DNA of 63,987 bases, counting the filler, from Octopus bimaculoides (Eukaryota): the NCBI RefSeq assembly GCF_001194135.2. It is 4 parts of 4 records of this genome, joined end to end, with 100 filler letters (N's around TTAATTAATTAA, not from the genome) between each part and the next. Parts side by side here need not be neighbours in the genome. Positions count along the whole stretch, not along the records: positions 1 to 25,177 come from NC_068991.1; positions 25,278 to 46,597 come from NC_068987.1; 2 more parts are not named here. The stretch is one strand, 5' to 3'. Position 1 is the first letter of the stretch. Each line of letters opens with the position of its first letter. The position numbers were made by a program, and so were the translations under genes. This document shows, piece after piece, positions 12,608-27,441 of the stretch. The notes beneath the pieces were generated by a model. The model was not told where the DNA came from, did not search any database, and saw only the letters and a program-made list of their open reading frames with translations.

Positions 12608-13050
12608 ATCAAGGCGGCGAGTTGGCAGAATCGTTAACACGCCGGGCGAAATGATTAGCGGTATTTCGTCTGCCGCTAGGTTCTGAGTTCAAATTCCACC
12701 GAGGTCGACTTTGCCTTTCGTCCTTTCAGGGTTGATAAATTAACTACCAAATCAAGTACTGGGGTCGATGATAATCAACTATCACGCTTACCCCCCAAAT
12801 TCCAGGCCTTGTGCCTATAGTAGAAAGGATTATTCAAGCCCACCAAGGCTGCGAGCTGGCAGAGTCGTCAGTCCGCGGGACAAGACGCTTAGCAGCATTT
12901 CGTCCGGGTTTACGCTCTGAGCTCAAATACAGCCGAGGTTGACTTTGCCTTTCATCCTCTCGGGATCGATAGAAGAAGTACCAGTGGAACACTGGGGTCG
13001 ATGTAATCGACTTAACTCCTCCCTCAAAATTGCTGACCTCGCACCAACAT
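12608..13050 (+). mobile_element. tandem pair of SINE family B
   Basis: Two copies starting gg(c/ct)gcgag(t/c)tggcaga(a/g)tcg with A-box TGGCAGA and B-box GAGTTCAAATTCC, same body and tail as the 8.4-9.5 kb copies. Confidence 0.85.
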
Positions 13051-14043
13051 ATGAAACCAATATATTTATATTTTGTATTTGTTGTATGTTAATTTGTTTT
13101 GATGAGTGTTTCTATGTTAAGTGAGTAGTTAAGGAGACTGGTATTGCTCTCGGTAAATAGCCGTGTCAAAGAAATCCTATATAAAGTGTATCACGTAATT
13201 GATTTGTTCCTTTCTTTCTTTCTCTCCCTCTCTCTCATGCTCCCCCTCTCTCTTGATCCATTCATTGAGATGATCCGCGCTAATACTAATGTGTTCACTG
13301 AACCATGATTGTAAGATTTGAACGATCGTTCAAGCGATTGTACTATATTTTAGTGATGGTGGTTGGGATGTGATGGGGGCTGTAGTTATTTTTCTTGATA
13401 GTGGTGGTGGTGGTGGTGGTGGTGGTGGTGGTGTTGTTGTTGTTTCATGTATTATTGCACCAAGTAGTAAATATATCAGCCGATGTTTCATTAGATGCTG
13501 GTGATCATTGGTGTTGTTATTGTTGTAGATGATGATGATGATGGTGTCGAAAAGATTTTAAAAATATATAATAGTGAATTGTGTGATTAGAGTGTATATG
13601 TGTGTGCATGTTTGTGCATGCGTGAATCCTTTTAACAATGTAAAATATAGCCAGGTATATGTACACACACACACGCACACACACACACACGCACGCACAC
13701 ACACACACACGCACGCACACACACACGCACGCACACACATATATATAATACTTTTACTTTACTATACAAGAAAGACAGGAAACAACATAAGCACACGAAG
13801 TACATGTACGCACACACACACACACATACATTCATACACACATACATATGTACATATCACATACACACTCATGCACACATGCACACACACACACACACAC
13901 TCAGACACACACGCATATATAAACAACGATACATGTATTTACATTAAATAATAGACATTTACTTTTGTGGACATTCACACACACACACACACATCCTCTA
14001 CTAAACTCATGGTACTGAGCCCCAAATTTACTTTTATTAAGGT

Positions 14044-14087
14044 GATCTATGACATGATCTATGACATGATCTATGATATGATCTATG

Positions 14088-14163
<76 letters not shown>

Positions 14164-14205
14164 TATTTCTCATTCTATTTCTCATTCTATTTCTCATTCT
14201 ATTTC
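14044..14205. repeat. compound repeat: 12-bp (GATCTATGACAT)x4, (CTA)n, 12-bp (TCTATTTCTCAT)x3-4
   Basis: Directly visible. Confidence 0.9.
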
Positions 14206-14843
14206 TGTCACTCTTTAAGTGTTGGCTATAGACGACAAGATGGTGCCTTGTAAAATAACAACTGAAGTGAACGGAAAACCCATTTTTGTTGTCACTCAAG
14301 AGGATATGTGAAAAGCGTATAGGGACTCGTGGAAGCCGTCACCAGAAATTCTTAAGCATAACAGCTCATGGAAGGAAGGATGTGATAGATTCTTCGGCTG
14401 TTATTTGNNNNNNNNNNNNNNNNNNNNNNNNNNNNNNNNNNNNNNNNNNNNNNNNNNNNNNNNNNNNNNNNNNNNNNNNNNNNNNNNNNNNNNNNNNNNN
14501 NNNNNNNNNNNNNNNNNNNNNNNNNNNNNNNNNNNNNNNNNNNNNNNNNNNNNNNNNNNNNNNNNNNNNNNNNNNNNNNNNNNNNNNNNNNNNNNNNNNN
14601 NNNNNNNNNNNNNNNNNNNNNNNNNNNNNNNNNNNNNNNNNNNNNNNNNNNNNNNNNNNNNNNNNNNNNNNNNNNNNNNNNNNNNNNNNNNNNNNNNNNN
14701 NNNNNNNNNNNNNNNNNNNNNNNNNNNNNNNNNNNNNNNNNNNNNNNNNNNNNNNNNNNNNNNNNNNNNNNNNNNNNNNNNNNNNNNNNNNNNNNNNNNN
14801 NNNNNNNNNNNNNNNNNNNNNNNNNNNNNNNNNNNNNNNNNNN

Positions 14844-15167
14844 TGTCTTCTACTATAGCCTCGGGCCGACCAAAGCCTTGTGAGTGGATTTGGTAGACGG
14901 AAACTGAAAGAAGCCCGTTGTATATATGTATATATATATGTATGTATGTGTATATGTTTGTGCGTTTGTATTTGTCCCCCCCAACATCGCTTGACAACCG
15001 ATGCTGGTGTGTTTACGTCCCCGTAACCTAGCGGTTCGGCAAAAAGAGACCGATAGAATAAGTACTAGGCTTCCAAAGAATAAGTCCCGGGCTCGATTGG
15101 CTCGACTAAAGGCGGTGCTCCAGCATGGCCACAGTCAAATGACTGAGACAAGTAAAAGAGTAAAGAG
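14844..15167 (+). mobile_element. SINE family A with internal TA/TG microsatellite (5' end in gap)
   Basis: tgtcttctactatagcctcgggccgaccaaagccttgtgagtggatttggtagacggaaactg, microsatellite, then tail ending gtaaaagagtaaagag. Confidence 0.85.
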
Positions 15168-15704
15168 TAGAGAGAGAGAGAGAGAGAGGCTATTTAGAAA
15201 TTTCATCATTGCTCACGCAATTGTGTGTATATTTTATGTGTGTAGATGCGTGCATGCGAAATGGTCAGTAGTAGAAACCATTTTTTACTACTCGTTATGT
15301 AAGCATACACACGCACGCATACACACACATATGCATACACACACATATGCATACACACACATATGCATACACACACATGTATACTCAAACACAAACGTAC
15401 AGTCAGAGAAGCACACAAATCCACACATGCTAATATACACCCGCACACATGCTTATAAGTATGCCTATTCATACACCACGTGTTGATCAGTTAGGTACCA
15501 TTTAAGGTACTTTTATGCTAATGTAATTTTTCTTTGAAAAGGAAATACAGATGTAAAACGAACACGGCATGTGGAAGGTAACAAAAGAAAATTTACAGAT
15601 AATAAATATTTATTAAAAATAAAATGCGATCAAATGAACATAAATAGATGAAAAACAACTATAAAAATCTACAAGGGGTTTATAATCAATATTCAGGTGA
15701 CATA

Positions 15705-15835
15705 AGGTGTCGAGCTGACACAGTCATTAGCACGCTGGACAAAATGCTTAGCGGTACTTCGTCCGTCTTTACATTCTGAGTTCAAATTCTGCTAAGATTG
15801 ACTTTAACATTTTTTCTTTCGAGGTCGATGACTTT
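15705..15835 (+). mobile_element. SINE family B, 3'-truncated
   Basis: ggtgtcgagctgacacagtcattagcacg..aaatgcttagcggta..ttctgagttcaaattctgc..tttcgaggtcgat. Confidence 0.75.
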
Positions 15836-16063
15836 CATCAGAGTTTGTTCAATCAAGACTTGCTCGGGGTTAAACAAAACAAACAACCGTTAACAAGGTA
15901 CTAGAAAAATAGTTACACTGTCGCTGAACAAATGCTTGTAGCATAAGGTAACATAGAAATACACTAACTACAACCGTAGCAGCATTTACTACAAGACACT
16001 GCTCCACAATCACATCAACTACACTACCAAAACCATCACCACCTCCACAATTACCTCCACAAA

Positions 16064-17190
<1,127 letters not shown>

Positions 17191-17961
17191 ACCACCTTCA
17201 GCTAGGCTTGTAAGTATTACAGCTGGTTACTATCACATAACCTATGCGAGGAAACTCTAAAAAGTTTATTTGATATAATCAACCGTACAACACGTGTGTA
17301 AAAACGAGTAGTACAAAACGTTTCCTATGTCATACCGAAAATTATTTTCTAAACGACGGTTAATTCCATCTGCTGCTTCACAGAAACGACGCAAAAGTGA
17401 GTGAGAGTTCCATGGGCAAAATTCTAAATAGCCGTTAAAATCCATAACGCAAAGATATTACGAAAAATCCCAGCAAAATGCTATCTAAATGTAAAACTTT
17501 AATCTTTTAATAGTAAATACATTGCGAAAGACTTTGTAAATTTTGCTGATGTCTTTTGTGTAACACAACAAGCTACACATGTTTTACTAAGTCCTCTTGC
17601 AACAGCTCGTTCGAGTAATCTCCACAACACTTTCACAATATATCCGGATGTTGAAAGAAAAATCAAAATTAACAAAAAATACCAGTAACAGCACACTAAA
17701 AGAAGTAATAAAAAAAAAGTCATGAATAATGTACTACGACTTTTGTACAACGGAGAGAATCCACATCATCCGGCATCCGAAAGCGATCTTAGATATAGAA
17801 AGCGAACATATTTCAACTTACCGAACATACTTCATTTGGACGTGTGACAATATGTAAACGGACCGAAAGTTTAAAGCATTAACTTGATGTCCCTAGAAAG
17901 TTTTAAGACAACTAACCTTAATAAAAATGTATACAAGTAAATCAAAATAAAATCAAAATAA

Positions 17962-17996
<35 letters not shown>

Positions 17997-18334
17997 TACA
18001 TACATATATGCCGTACTTATCAAACGCAAACTAGTATATAATATATCCATTTCGGTGTGTGAGAGTTATGTTGTGCATACAATACATATAGCTGTTATGC
18101 TATTCTAAGATAATAAAAACTAGATGTGTGTATAGAATTCTATCGCCCTTCAGTCTCAATATTCCTTTCTTTGTGCATAGCTATATGTGTATTCAAGTGT
18201 ATGTACATGTATAACTGTATGGGTACATTGCTTAGTATCTATGCTTATGATCTTGTATGATTGTAACTATACTTATATATGGTTAATCTATTCATTTGTC
18301 AATCTATCAATTTTCTCTTCCATATAACCATCTA

Positions 18335-19375
<1,041 letters not shown>

Positions 19376-19904
19376 AAACTTCGCCATCTTCCTTATTATT
19401 TATCTAATTATCATCAACGGAAGCATATATTTATAAATACGTACAGAACCACAGAAACACACACACATATATATATACACAGACGCGTGTATACACACAT
19501 ACATACATATACGCATGTGTATACATTCGCTTGCACACATCTGCCTCTAAGAAGCTTCTATAACAACTTGCTCCATTGTGTGTCTGTATGTGCATCTGAC
19601 GGTATTGCGTATGTGACTGTGTGTGTGTGTATGTGTGTATGCGTGCGTGTGCGAGTGTGTGTGCTTGTCTGTGATGAGGGGGCCATCTGGAATATTGCAG
19701 ACCAAATAAATTAAAAGCGAATTTGTCACATGCAACTTCAGAACGAGGCTTTATTGACCTCTTGTGTCCCGGATTGCAAAAGGCAAAACGAGACATCTGG
19801 GACAGTTCCTTTTGCTTTGTTTTTTTCTTTCTTCTTTTACCATTTCCTATTTTCTAATTCTTCTTTAGATCTTGATGAAACAGAAACAACAACGAAATAA
19901 TTCT

Positions 19905-20108
19905 GTACCATCATCATCATCATCATCATCATCGCCGCCGCCGTCGTCGTCGTCGTCGTCGTTGTCATCACCACCACGTGGTGGTCATCATCATTACCAC
20001 CACGATCATCATCATCACCATCATCATCACTAAAACCAACGCCGTCACTATCCTCCCCATTATCATCATAATGATCATTATCGTCGTCGTTGGCGCCGTC
20101 ATCATCAA

Positions 20109-20140
<32 letters not shown>

Positions 20141-20141
20141 A

Positions 20142-20204
<63 letters not shown>

Positions 20205-20348
20205 AATCACTATAATACTCATTATATAGTACCACTACTACAACCACCACGACCCCCTATATCATTATCCTCCTCCTCCTCCTCATCATCATCATCATCA
20301 CCATAATCCTCATCATATAGTACTACTACCACAACCACCACGACCCCT

Positions 20349-20390
<42 letters not shown>

Positions 20391-20547
20391 TTCCTCATCT
20401 TTGTCATTACTGACGCCGTTTTTTTTTTTTATCGAGTAGAATATTATCATTTGCAAAATCACAAATTATCATCATCAACATCATTTTTGTCATCATCATC
20501 ATCATAATCAACATAATTAGCATTCTTATAAAATCAATTTTCATTAC

Positions 20548-20582
<35 letters not shown>

Positions 20583-20930
20583 TCAGGCATCAATCATGTT
20601 TATTATCATCACGATCATCACCATCATCAACAGAACTGCAATAGTATTAACGTCATCACTATCATCATAGTCGTAACCTTCACCTCATAATTATCATCTT
20701 CTTCATCGTTTTCCTCCTCCTTCTGCTCCTCCTCCTCGTCATCATAACCACTATCACCACAGCGCCCCACCACCACCACCACCCTCAGCACCACAATAAT
20801 CACTATCATTGCAACCGTCACCGCCATCTCACCGCTACCACCGCAACTACAACAGCTACAACCACCATCAGCATCACATGCACCAGAACCAGCACCATGA
20901 CCATCACCACCACCGCCACCACCACCACCA
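19905..20930. repeat. (CAT)n/(CAC)n/(AAT)n mosaic trinucleotide region
   Basis: Directly visible. Confidence 0.9.
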
Positions 20931-21530
20931 CNNNNNNNNNNNNNNNNNNNNNNNNNNNNNNNNNNNNNNNNNNNNNNNNNNNNNNNNNNNNNNNNNNNNN
21001 NNNNNNNNNNNNNNNNNNNNNNNNNNNNNNNNNNNNNNNNNNNNNNNNNNNNNNNNNNNNNNNNNNNNNNNNNNNNNNNNNNNNNNNNNNNNNNNNNNNN
21101 NNNNNNNNNNNNNNNNNNNNNNNNNNNNNNNNNNNNNNNNNNNNNNNNNNNNNNNNNNNNNNNNNNNNNNNNNNNNNNNNNNNNNNNNNNNNNNNNNNNN
21201 NNNNNNNNNNNNNNNNNNNNNNNNNNNNNNNNNNNNNNNNNNNNNNNNNNNNNNNNNNNNNNNNNNNNNNNNNNNNNNNNNNNNNNNNNNNNNNNNNNNN
21301 NNNNNNNNNNNNNNNNNNNNNNNNNNNNNNNNNNNNNNNNNNNNNNNNNNNNNNNNNNNNNNNNNNNNNNNNNNNNNNNNNNNNNNNNNNNNNNNNNNNN
21401 NNNNNNNNNNNNNNNNNNNNNNNNNNNNNNNNNNNNNNNNNNNNNNNNNNNNNNNNNNNNNNNNNNNNNNNNNNNNNNNNNNNNNNNNNNNNNNNNNNNN
21501 NNNNNNNNNNNNNNNNNNNNNNNNNNNNNN

Positions 21531-21694
21531 TATGTATATATATACATAGATATATACGACGGGTTTCTTTCAAATCCATCTACCAAATCCACTCACAAGG
21601 CTTTGGTCGGCCCGAAGCTATAGTAGAAGACGCAGTGGGACTGAACCCGGAACCATGTGGCTGGTAAGCAAGCTACTTACCATACAGCCACTCC
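21531..21694 (-). mobile_element. SINE family A 5' half with internal deletion
   Basis: Reverse complement of aggagtggctgtatggtaagtagcttgcttaccagccacatggttccgggttcagtcc..; the ggcaccttgggcaagt segment seen at 61300 is missing. Confidence 0.8.
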
Positions 21695-22719
21695 TCAACA
21701 ATATCAGTAACAACACCATCAACAATCACACCGGAAACTACCATTACTACCACCACAACCACAACAACAACTACCACCGGCACTACGACCTGCACCACCT
21801 GTACCAAACCAGCACCAATGCCACACCAGTACCAGCGCCGCCATCACCACCGCTACCACCACCGCCACCGCCATTGCCAATCGTACCAGTATCATACCAC
21901 CACCACCTTAACAACATCAGTAACTACACAAACTACAGCCACTAACAACCAACACCATCACCTTCTCCGTTTTCTTTTCTCGTCCTGATATTTTATCTCC
22001 TATGCAGTTAGTTTATCTCAGTTACGTCCCTTACCATGGTAGCTCTTCAGAAGTTTACACATCCAAATATTTTGCCATCATTTCCTATCCCCAAGAGGAT
22101 ATTTTGCTACACTATATTTTACTATTCTACTGTATTTTTCTTACGTATTTGTTAACACAATCTGATACAATTAACAACATTTATTTGTTAGGTTATCCAA
22201 ACTAGTTCTTCTACTCTGAGATAATCCAAAGAAATTTAATAATTCACTCCAGACATCCGAAAATCTCCACCCACTCAACGTTAAATAGATATTAATTCAG
22301 ACGCTTGTTCTATTTTTCTTTCTCCCCAAGTTAATTTAATAACATTTCGTGAACATCTAAAGGCTTTTCTACTTTTCGTATAATTTTTCCTTTGCTTAGA
22401 CAATATTCTAATAATTTCAATTAAATGAACGCAGTTATTATATATAAACATTTAACCAACTTTGCTCTCTTTACAAAGTATATTATGGTAAGATAAACAA
22501 AGCTAATAAAATTATAATTCTATCATCTATAGCTTTGTTTCTTAGTACTAGTTTAATATTATTCTGTATGATCATTCACTACTATAATGGCCTCTATTTC
22601 TCTGTGCCGGATGGGTTTGTATTTACCTCTACGTGGTAACTTGACTTGCTAGACATAGGAATCAAATGTCCCTCAAGTTGCAAATACTTCTCATATATTT
22701 GATCTTCTGTCTTTTATTT

Positions 22720-22830
22720 GTTTCAGTCATTAGACTGCGGCCAAGTTGGAGCAATGTCTTGTAGGGCTTAGTCGAATAAATCGACGCCGGTACCTATTTG
22801 TAAGTCTGGTACTTACTATATCACACTCTG
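22720..22830 (-). mobile_element. SINE family A 3' fragment, diverged
   Basis: ttgtttcagtcattagactgcggccaagttggagca..tagtcgaataaatcgac. Confidence 0.65.
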
Positions 22831-23008
22831 TTGCGGAATCGCGATGTTACGAGGACGTAAACTAAACAACACCGGAGGTCAAGTGGTGGTGAAGGGTATA
22901 TACAAATGCACACACATAGATATATCCTAACAAACACACACACACACGCGCGCACAAACGCATAAACGCACACGCACACATAAATACATCCATACATACA
23001 TACATACA

Positions 23009-23040
<32 letters not shown>

Positions 23041-23110
23041 CATATCGATATGCAATGTATTGTAAAATATACATCTTAATAAGCATACAATTCTAACCTC
23101 GGTATCCACC

Positions 23111-23374
23111 CAAAAAATAATAAATGCACCCTTTTTTAAAGCCTAGCCAGGCTCATGGGCCCGGTTTCCCGGTTTCAATGGCGTATGTGTTCCCCAGCTG
23201 GACGGGACGCTAGTCCATCACAGCGTTACTCATTTTTGTCAGCTGAGTGGACTGGAGCAACGTGAAATAAAGTGTTTTGCTCAAGAACACAACGCGTCGC
23301 CCGGTCCAAGAATCGAAACCACAATCTTACGATCATGGTGCTGACACCCTGACCACTAGGTCATGCGCCTCCAC
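23111..23374 (-). mobile_element. full-length tRNA-derived SINE, CORE-like body + tail T1, with 10-bp TSD
   Basis: Minus strand: A box tgacctagtgg, B box ggtttcgattc, CORE-like gtgttcttgagcaaaacactttatttcacgttgctccagtccactcagctg, tail ..ctaggctttaaaa. Flanks ggtatccacc (23101-23110) and ggtatctacc (23375-23384). Confidence 0.85.
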
Positions 23375-23439
23375 GGTATCTACCTAGCTGAGTCAAAAGT
23401 GTTTTCGTATTTCAAGCTTTAATTAATAGTTCAAACAAA

Positions 23440-24130
23440 TTACATAGGAAAAGTATTTATCCATCAAATCGCATTCTATTATCTGTTGTCATTATTACGT
23501 TAGAAGTTCAATTCCACGCCCATACCGTTTGGTTGGTGCGTAGGCAAAAATCTATCGGTCCCCTTTCTCAACCTAATCCACATTATTGAATCACTGTCCA
23601 TGCAGGAAACAGTATCTGTCTATGGCTTGGAAAAGAAGGTATTCTGAAGGTGCGAGGTCTGGTCACATTGGCAGCACGTGCTAGGCCATTGGAATGCTGT
23701 AGAAGTGCATGTCTTCAAGTGACCATTGCCGAGTAGCGTAGTTTCAATGCATCATATACTAACTGCAATTGTTGACCATAAAAGTTAGCGTTCGCAACAT
23801 GACCATTTGGGACAATCTCAAAGTGCAACACACCCTTGAAATTTCACAAAAGACACAGCATGATATTCTGTTCATGCCGCTCTTGTTTGGATAAGGTTCT
23901 GTCCGAAATCTAACCGGAATTGATTTCTCTTATTAAGATCACGAAAATAGATCCAGTTGTTTGCAAATGTCCACACCTCACTGAGTTTGGTCATTGATCA
24001 GTTTATGAGGAACTTCACGACAGTCTCCGTTCGCAAGGCCGAACTTTGAGAGGTGTCGAATGATGGTGCTTTGTGAAGGATCAAGTTCTGCCGATAATAT
24101 ACGAGTGCTTGGGCCAAAAGCTTAATTCCC
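23440..24130 (-). pseudogene. decayed mariner (DD34D-type) transposase
   Basis: Minus-strand translation gives STRILSAELDPSQSTIIRHL (HTH), EVPHKL (WVPHEL-like), NWIYF, IMLCLL*NFKGVLHFEIVPNG, PDLAPSEYLLF (YSPDLAPSD-like) and GIELL; many stops and frameshifts. Confidence 0.85.
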
Positions 24131-24164
24131 AGCTCATTATATTCAAGCCAGGTGGTATTAGCTT

Positions 24165-24251
24165 TGGCATTTGACGTAGTGGTTAAGAGCGCGAGCTACT
24201 AACCCCAAAATTCCGAGTTCGATTCAAGGCAGTGACCTGAATAATAATAAT

Positions 24252-24282
<31 letters not shown>

Positions 24283-24424
24283 TCGAAAAATACCTTAGGA
24301 ATGAGAACCCAGGTTCGAAATTTCACCAAGACACCTGATGAAGGCTGGAGGGTATATCAGCCGAAACGTTGTGTTAACAACAAACAAGATGAGGACAAAT
24401 TTCTGTTGAATGTAAATAATGTAT
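24165..24424 (+). mobile_element. tRNA-headed SINE with internal (AAT/AAC)n and hammerhead ribozyme in its 3' part
   Basis: A box TGACGTAGTGG 24172-24182, B box GAGTTCGATTC 24215-24225, microsatellite about 24240-24281, hammerhead motif 24330-24375. Confidence 0.7.
24330..24375 (+). ncRNA. minimal type I hammerhead ribozyme
   Basis: GACAC-CUGAUGA-A-GGCUG(GAGGGUAUAU)CAGCC-GAA-ACGU-U-GUGUU: all core nucleotides, 5-bp stem II, palindromic ACGU stem III, 5-bp stem I (one G-U), predicted cleavage after 24370. Confidence 0.7.
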
Positions 24425-25221
24425 ATAAAGTTGTTTCAAATTAATGATATGACATGGAGATAGAAGTTGCCAAATGTCATCAGTGAAAATATGAAATTAA
24501 CTTTTGACGCAACTTGGAATATATTTGTGTGAATATGTGCATGTGTCTGTATGTACATACATACATACATACATACATTAGTATATATATGCACATAAAT
24601 ATATATATGTATATATATGTAGGTATACATATATAGATAAATATAGATATAGCTATAAGATATATATATACAGATACACACACGCACCCCCCACAAACAC
24701 ACGTATGCAAATGTGTAGATGAACATACAAAGACACGCACTCACATATACATACACATGCATACAGAAGAATGCACGCACGCACACACACATTTGCACAT
24801 ACACATGCACACAAGACCTCATGTTGAATTATTTATCATTCCTTTGCCAATGTCACGCTCTATTTTCCAGTGAAACTTGAAGAGACCAATTCAGTGGGAG
24901 GCGGGTCGGACGGGGGATAAGGAAGAGGAGGCCAGGCGCAACAGATGGTTCTTGGTGAGGTTGATAGGTCTGGACGGCTGTTCCAAGACACACATGGCGA
25001 CCGGCATTGAGCTATTGATGACAACGACGACGACAACGATGGTGGTGGTGGTGGTAGTGGTAGTGGTGGTGATGGTGGTGATGGTGGTGGTGGTGGTGGT
25101 GGTGCGGGTGGTGATGATCATGACGGCGACGACGAAGGCGAGGAAGATATTATGGCCGACTATTTCGTTGCTGTCGANNNNNNNNNNNNNNNNNNNNNNN
25201 NNNNNNNNNNNNNNNNNNNNN

Positions 25222-25233
25222 TTAATTAATTAA
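25222..25233. other. artificial six-frame-stop scaffold linker
   Basis: TTAATTAATTAA between two 44-N runs; identical construct at 46642 and 62205. Confidence 0.9.
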
Positions 25234-25573
25234 NNNNNNNNNNNNNNNNNNNNNNNNNNNNNNNNNNNNNNNNNNNNATATGTGTGTATATATGTATGTA
25301 TTCGTGCATATTGGTATTGAAACGCACGTACAGACATCGATATGCATAACATTTGCAACATCATCTTCTTCATCTGTGTTTCTCACCACAACCGCGGTAG
25401 CACTCCCACCGCCACTTCCTCAGAGAAAAAATATATATATTTAATGTGTCTATTCATAAGTACATACGCATGAAACCAACAGGGCGCCAAAATATGATCT
25501 CAGCCGTCAAGGAGGGCTTAGAAAGGTCTTCCGAGGTGCATATCCTCCTCCGTACAATAAATATATACATAAA

Positions 25574-25608
<35 letters not shown>

Positions 25609-26845
25609 GTATATGCACAAATACACACACGCACACATATATATACGACAATGCATATATATGCATAAATACATACAAGCATTTATATACTTACATTCAT
25701 ACCTACCTACCTTCTTTCCTACCTACCTACCTACCTATCTACCTACCTATATACATATTTACATACACACACACGCACAGACACATACATGTATATTTAT
25801 ACACATGTTTATACATGCGATAACATAATTAAACATACGTATATTGTTTTCAAACATGAATACATCCATCCATATTTATATAGATACATATTTATATTCA
25901 TACCTATCCACAGGCACATAAATTAACATGTCCGTACCTAAATATATGTATATTAATGTATGCATGTAAGAAAGTGGAAAATGTTTCGCATAATATATTC
26001 ACCATTACACGTATTTCATTTGGTAATAGGAGTTACAAAATTGTACACGTAGTATAACATGTAATACGATATCTCCTATTAGAAATTTTTGAGACAGAGA
26101 ATCAAATAATACAAAATTTACATTTGGATGAAGCGTTTAAATATAGTTAGTAATGAAGTATTCAGTTCTTTAGACAGCTAGAGGGGAGACAAACATAACT
26201 AGCTATACAGAAGAGAGGGAGTGTGTGTGAGAGGGGGGGGGGGTTAAAGAATGAAGTAATAAGTGTACATATATGCACAACTAAGCATATGCTCACACAC
26301 ATACGTATTTGCGTAGATAAACACACATATAAATACACACTTATAAACATATGCATACATAAACGTATNNNNNNNNNNNNNNNNNNNNNNNNNNNNNNNN
26401 NNNNNNNNNNNNNNNNNNNNNNNNNNNNNNNNNNNNNNNNNNNNNNNNNNNNNNNNNNNNNNNNNNNNNNNNNNNNNNNNNNNNNNNNNNNNNNNNNNNN
26501 NNNNNNNNNNNNNNNNNNNNNNNNNNNNNNNNNNNNNNNNNNNNNNNNNNNNNNNNNNNNNNNNNNNNNNNNNNNNNNNNNNNNNNNNNNNNNNNNNNNN
26601 NNNNNNNNNNNNNNNATTTTTATACAGGCACAAATAATAATACCATAAAATTTTCCGGTTTTCTGTTTTAATATATTATTCAGCAGAAAATATTTCCCCA
26701 GTACTTTCAACACTTATGCATACATCACACAAATATAACGTCTACATACGGATTTGGAATACAGGAAATAAAATAAGCAGAGACGCTTCAAGAGAACACA
26801 GCTTGAATTTTAATTCCATTACATGTGTGTGTGTGTGTGTGTGTG

Positions 26846-26883
<38 letters not shown>

Positions 26884-27224
26884 GTTTAATTTAGCTTGGG
26901 AAAAAGCTTCGTAATTCGTTCTTAAAAGCTCCTATGTTTCTCGTTGCCGGCTACTACCTGTTAATTCCATCTCTCAGGATAATCCAATGGTTAAACACGT
27001 GGAACTCCTTTCAGCTTAGGATAATTATAATAATTACAATAATGGCATGCAGATGGAAATTCATAGGTTTTATTAATGCATCAGAACATGTTTCTACACC
27101 CCACATGATCATTAGGTAACAATTTTTCATATATTACTTAAGATTCATCTTAACTATGAATCTGAATTTTCCTTAGCTTCATTTTCAGTGCGGGTATAGA
27201 TATTTTATTCTTTTATTCTTCTAT

Positions 27225-27400
27225 TTTTTCACTCATTTGACTGCGGCCATGCTGGATCACCGCCTTCAAGGGTATTAGTTGAAGAAATCGACACCAGGAC
27301 TAATTCTTTGTAAGTCTAGTACTTATTCTATCGGTTCTTCGGCCGAACCGCTAAGTTACGGAGACATTAGCACACCAGTATCGGTCGTCAAAGGATGGCA
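27225..27400 (-). mobile_element. SINE family A 3' half
   Basis: gactgcggccatgctggatcaccgcc..gtacttattctatcggt..gaaccgctaagttacgg..acaccag. Confidence 0.8.
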
Positions 27401-27441
27401 GGAGGACATCTATTATCTGCAGGTAAAGTGGAAATTCAACG

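Noticed and set aside
21990-22640. Possible decayed LINE ORF on the minus strand
   Set aside because: Purine-rich and coding-like, but no RT or endonuclease motif could be read with confidence.
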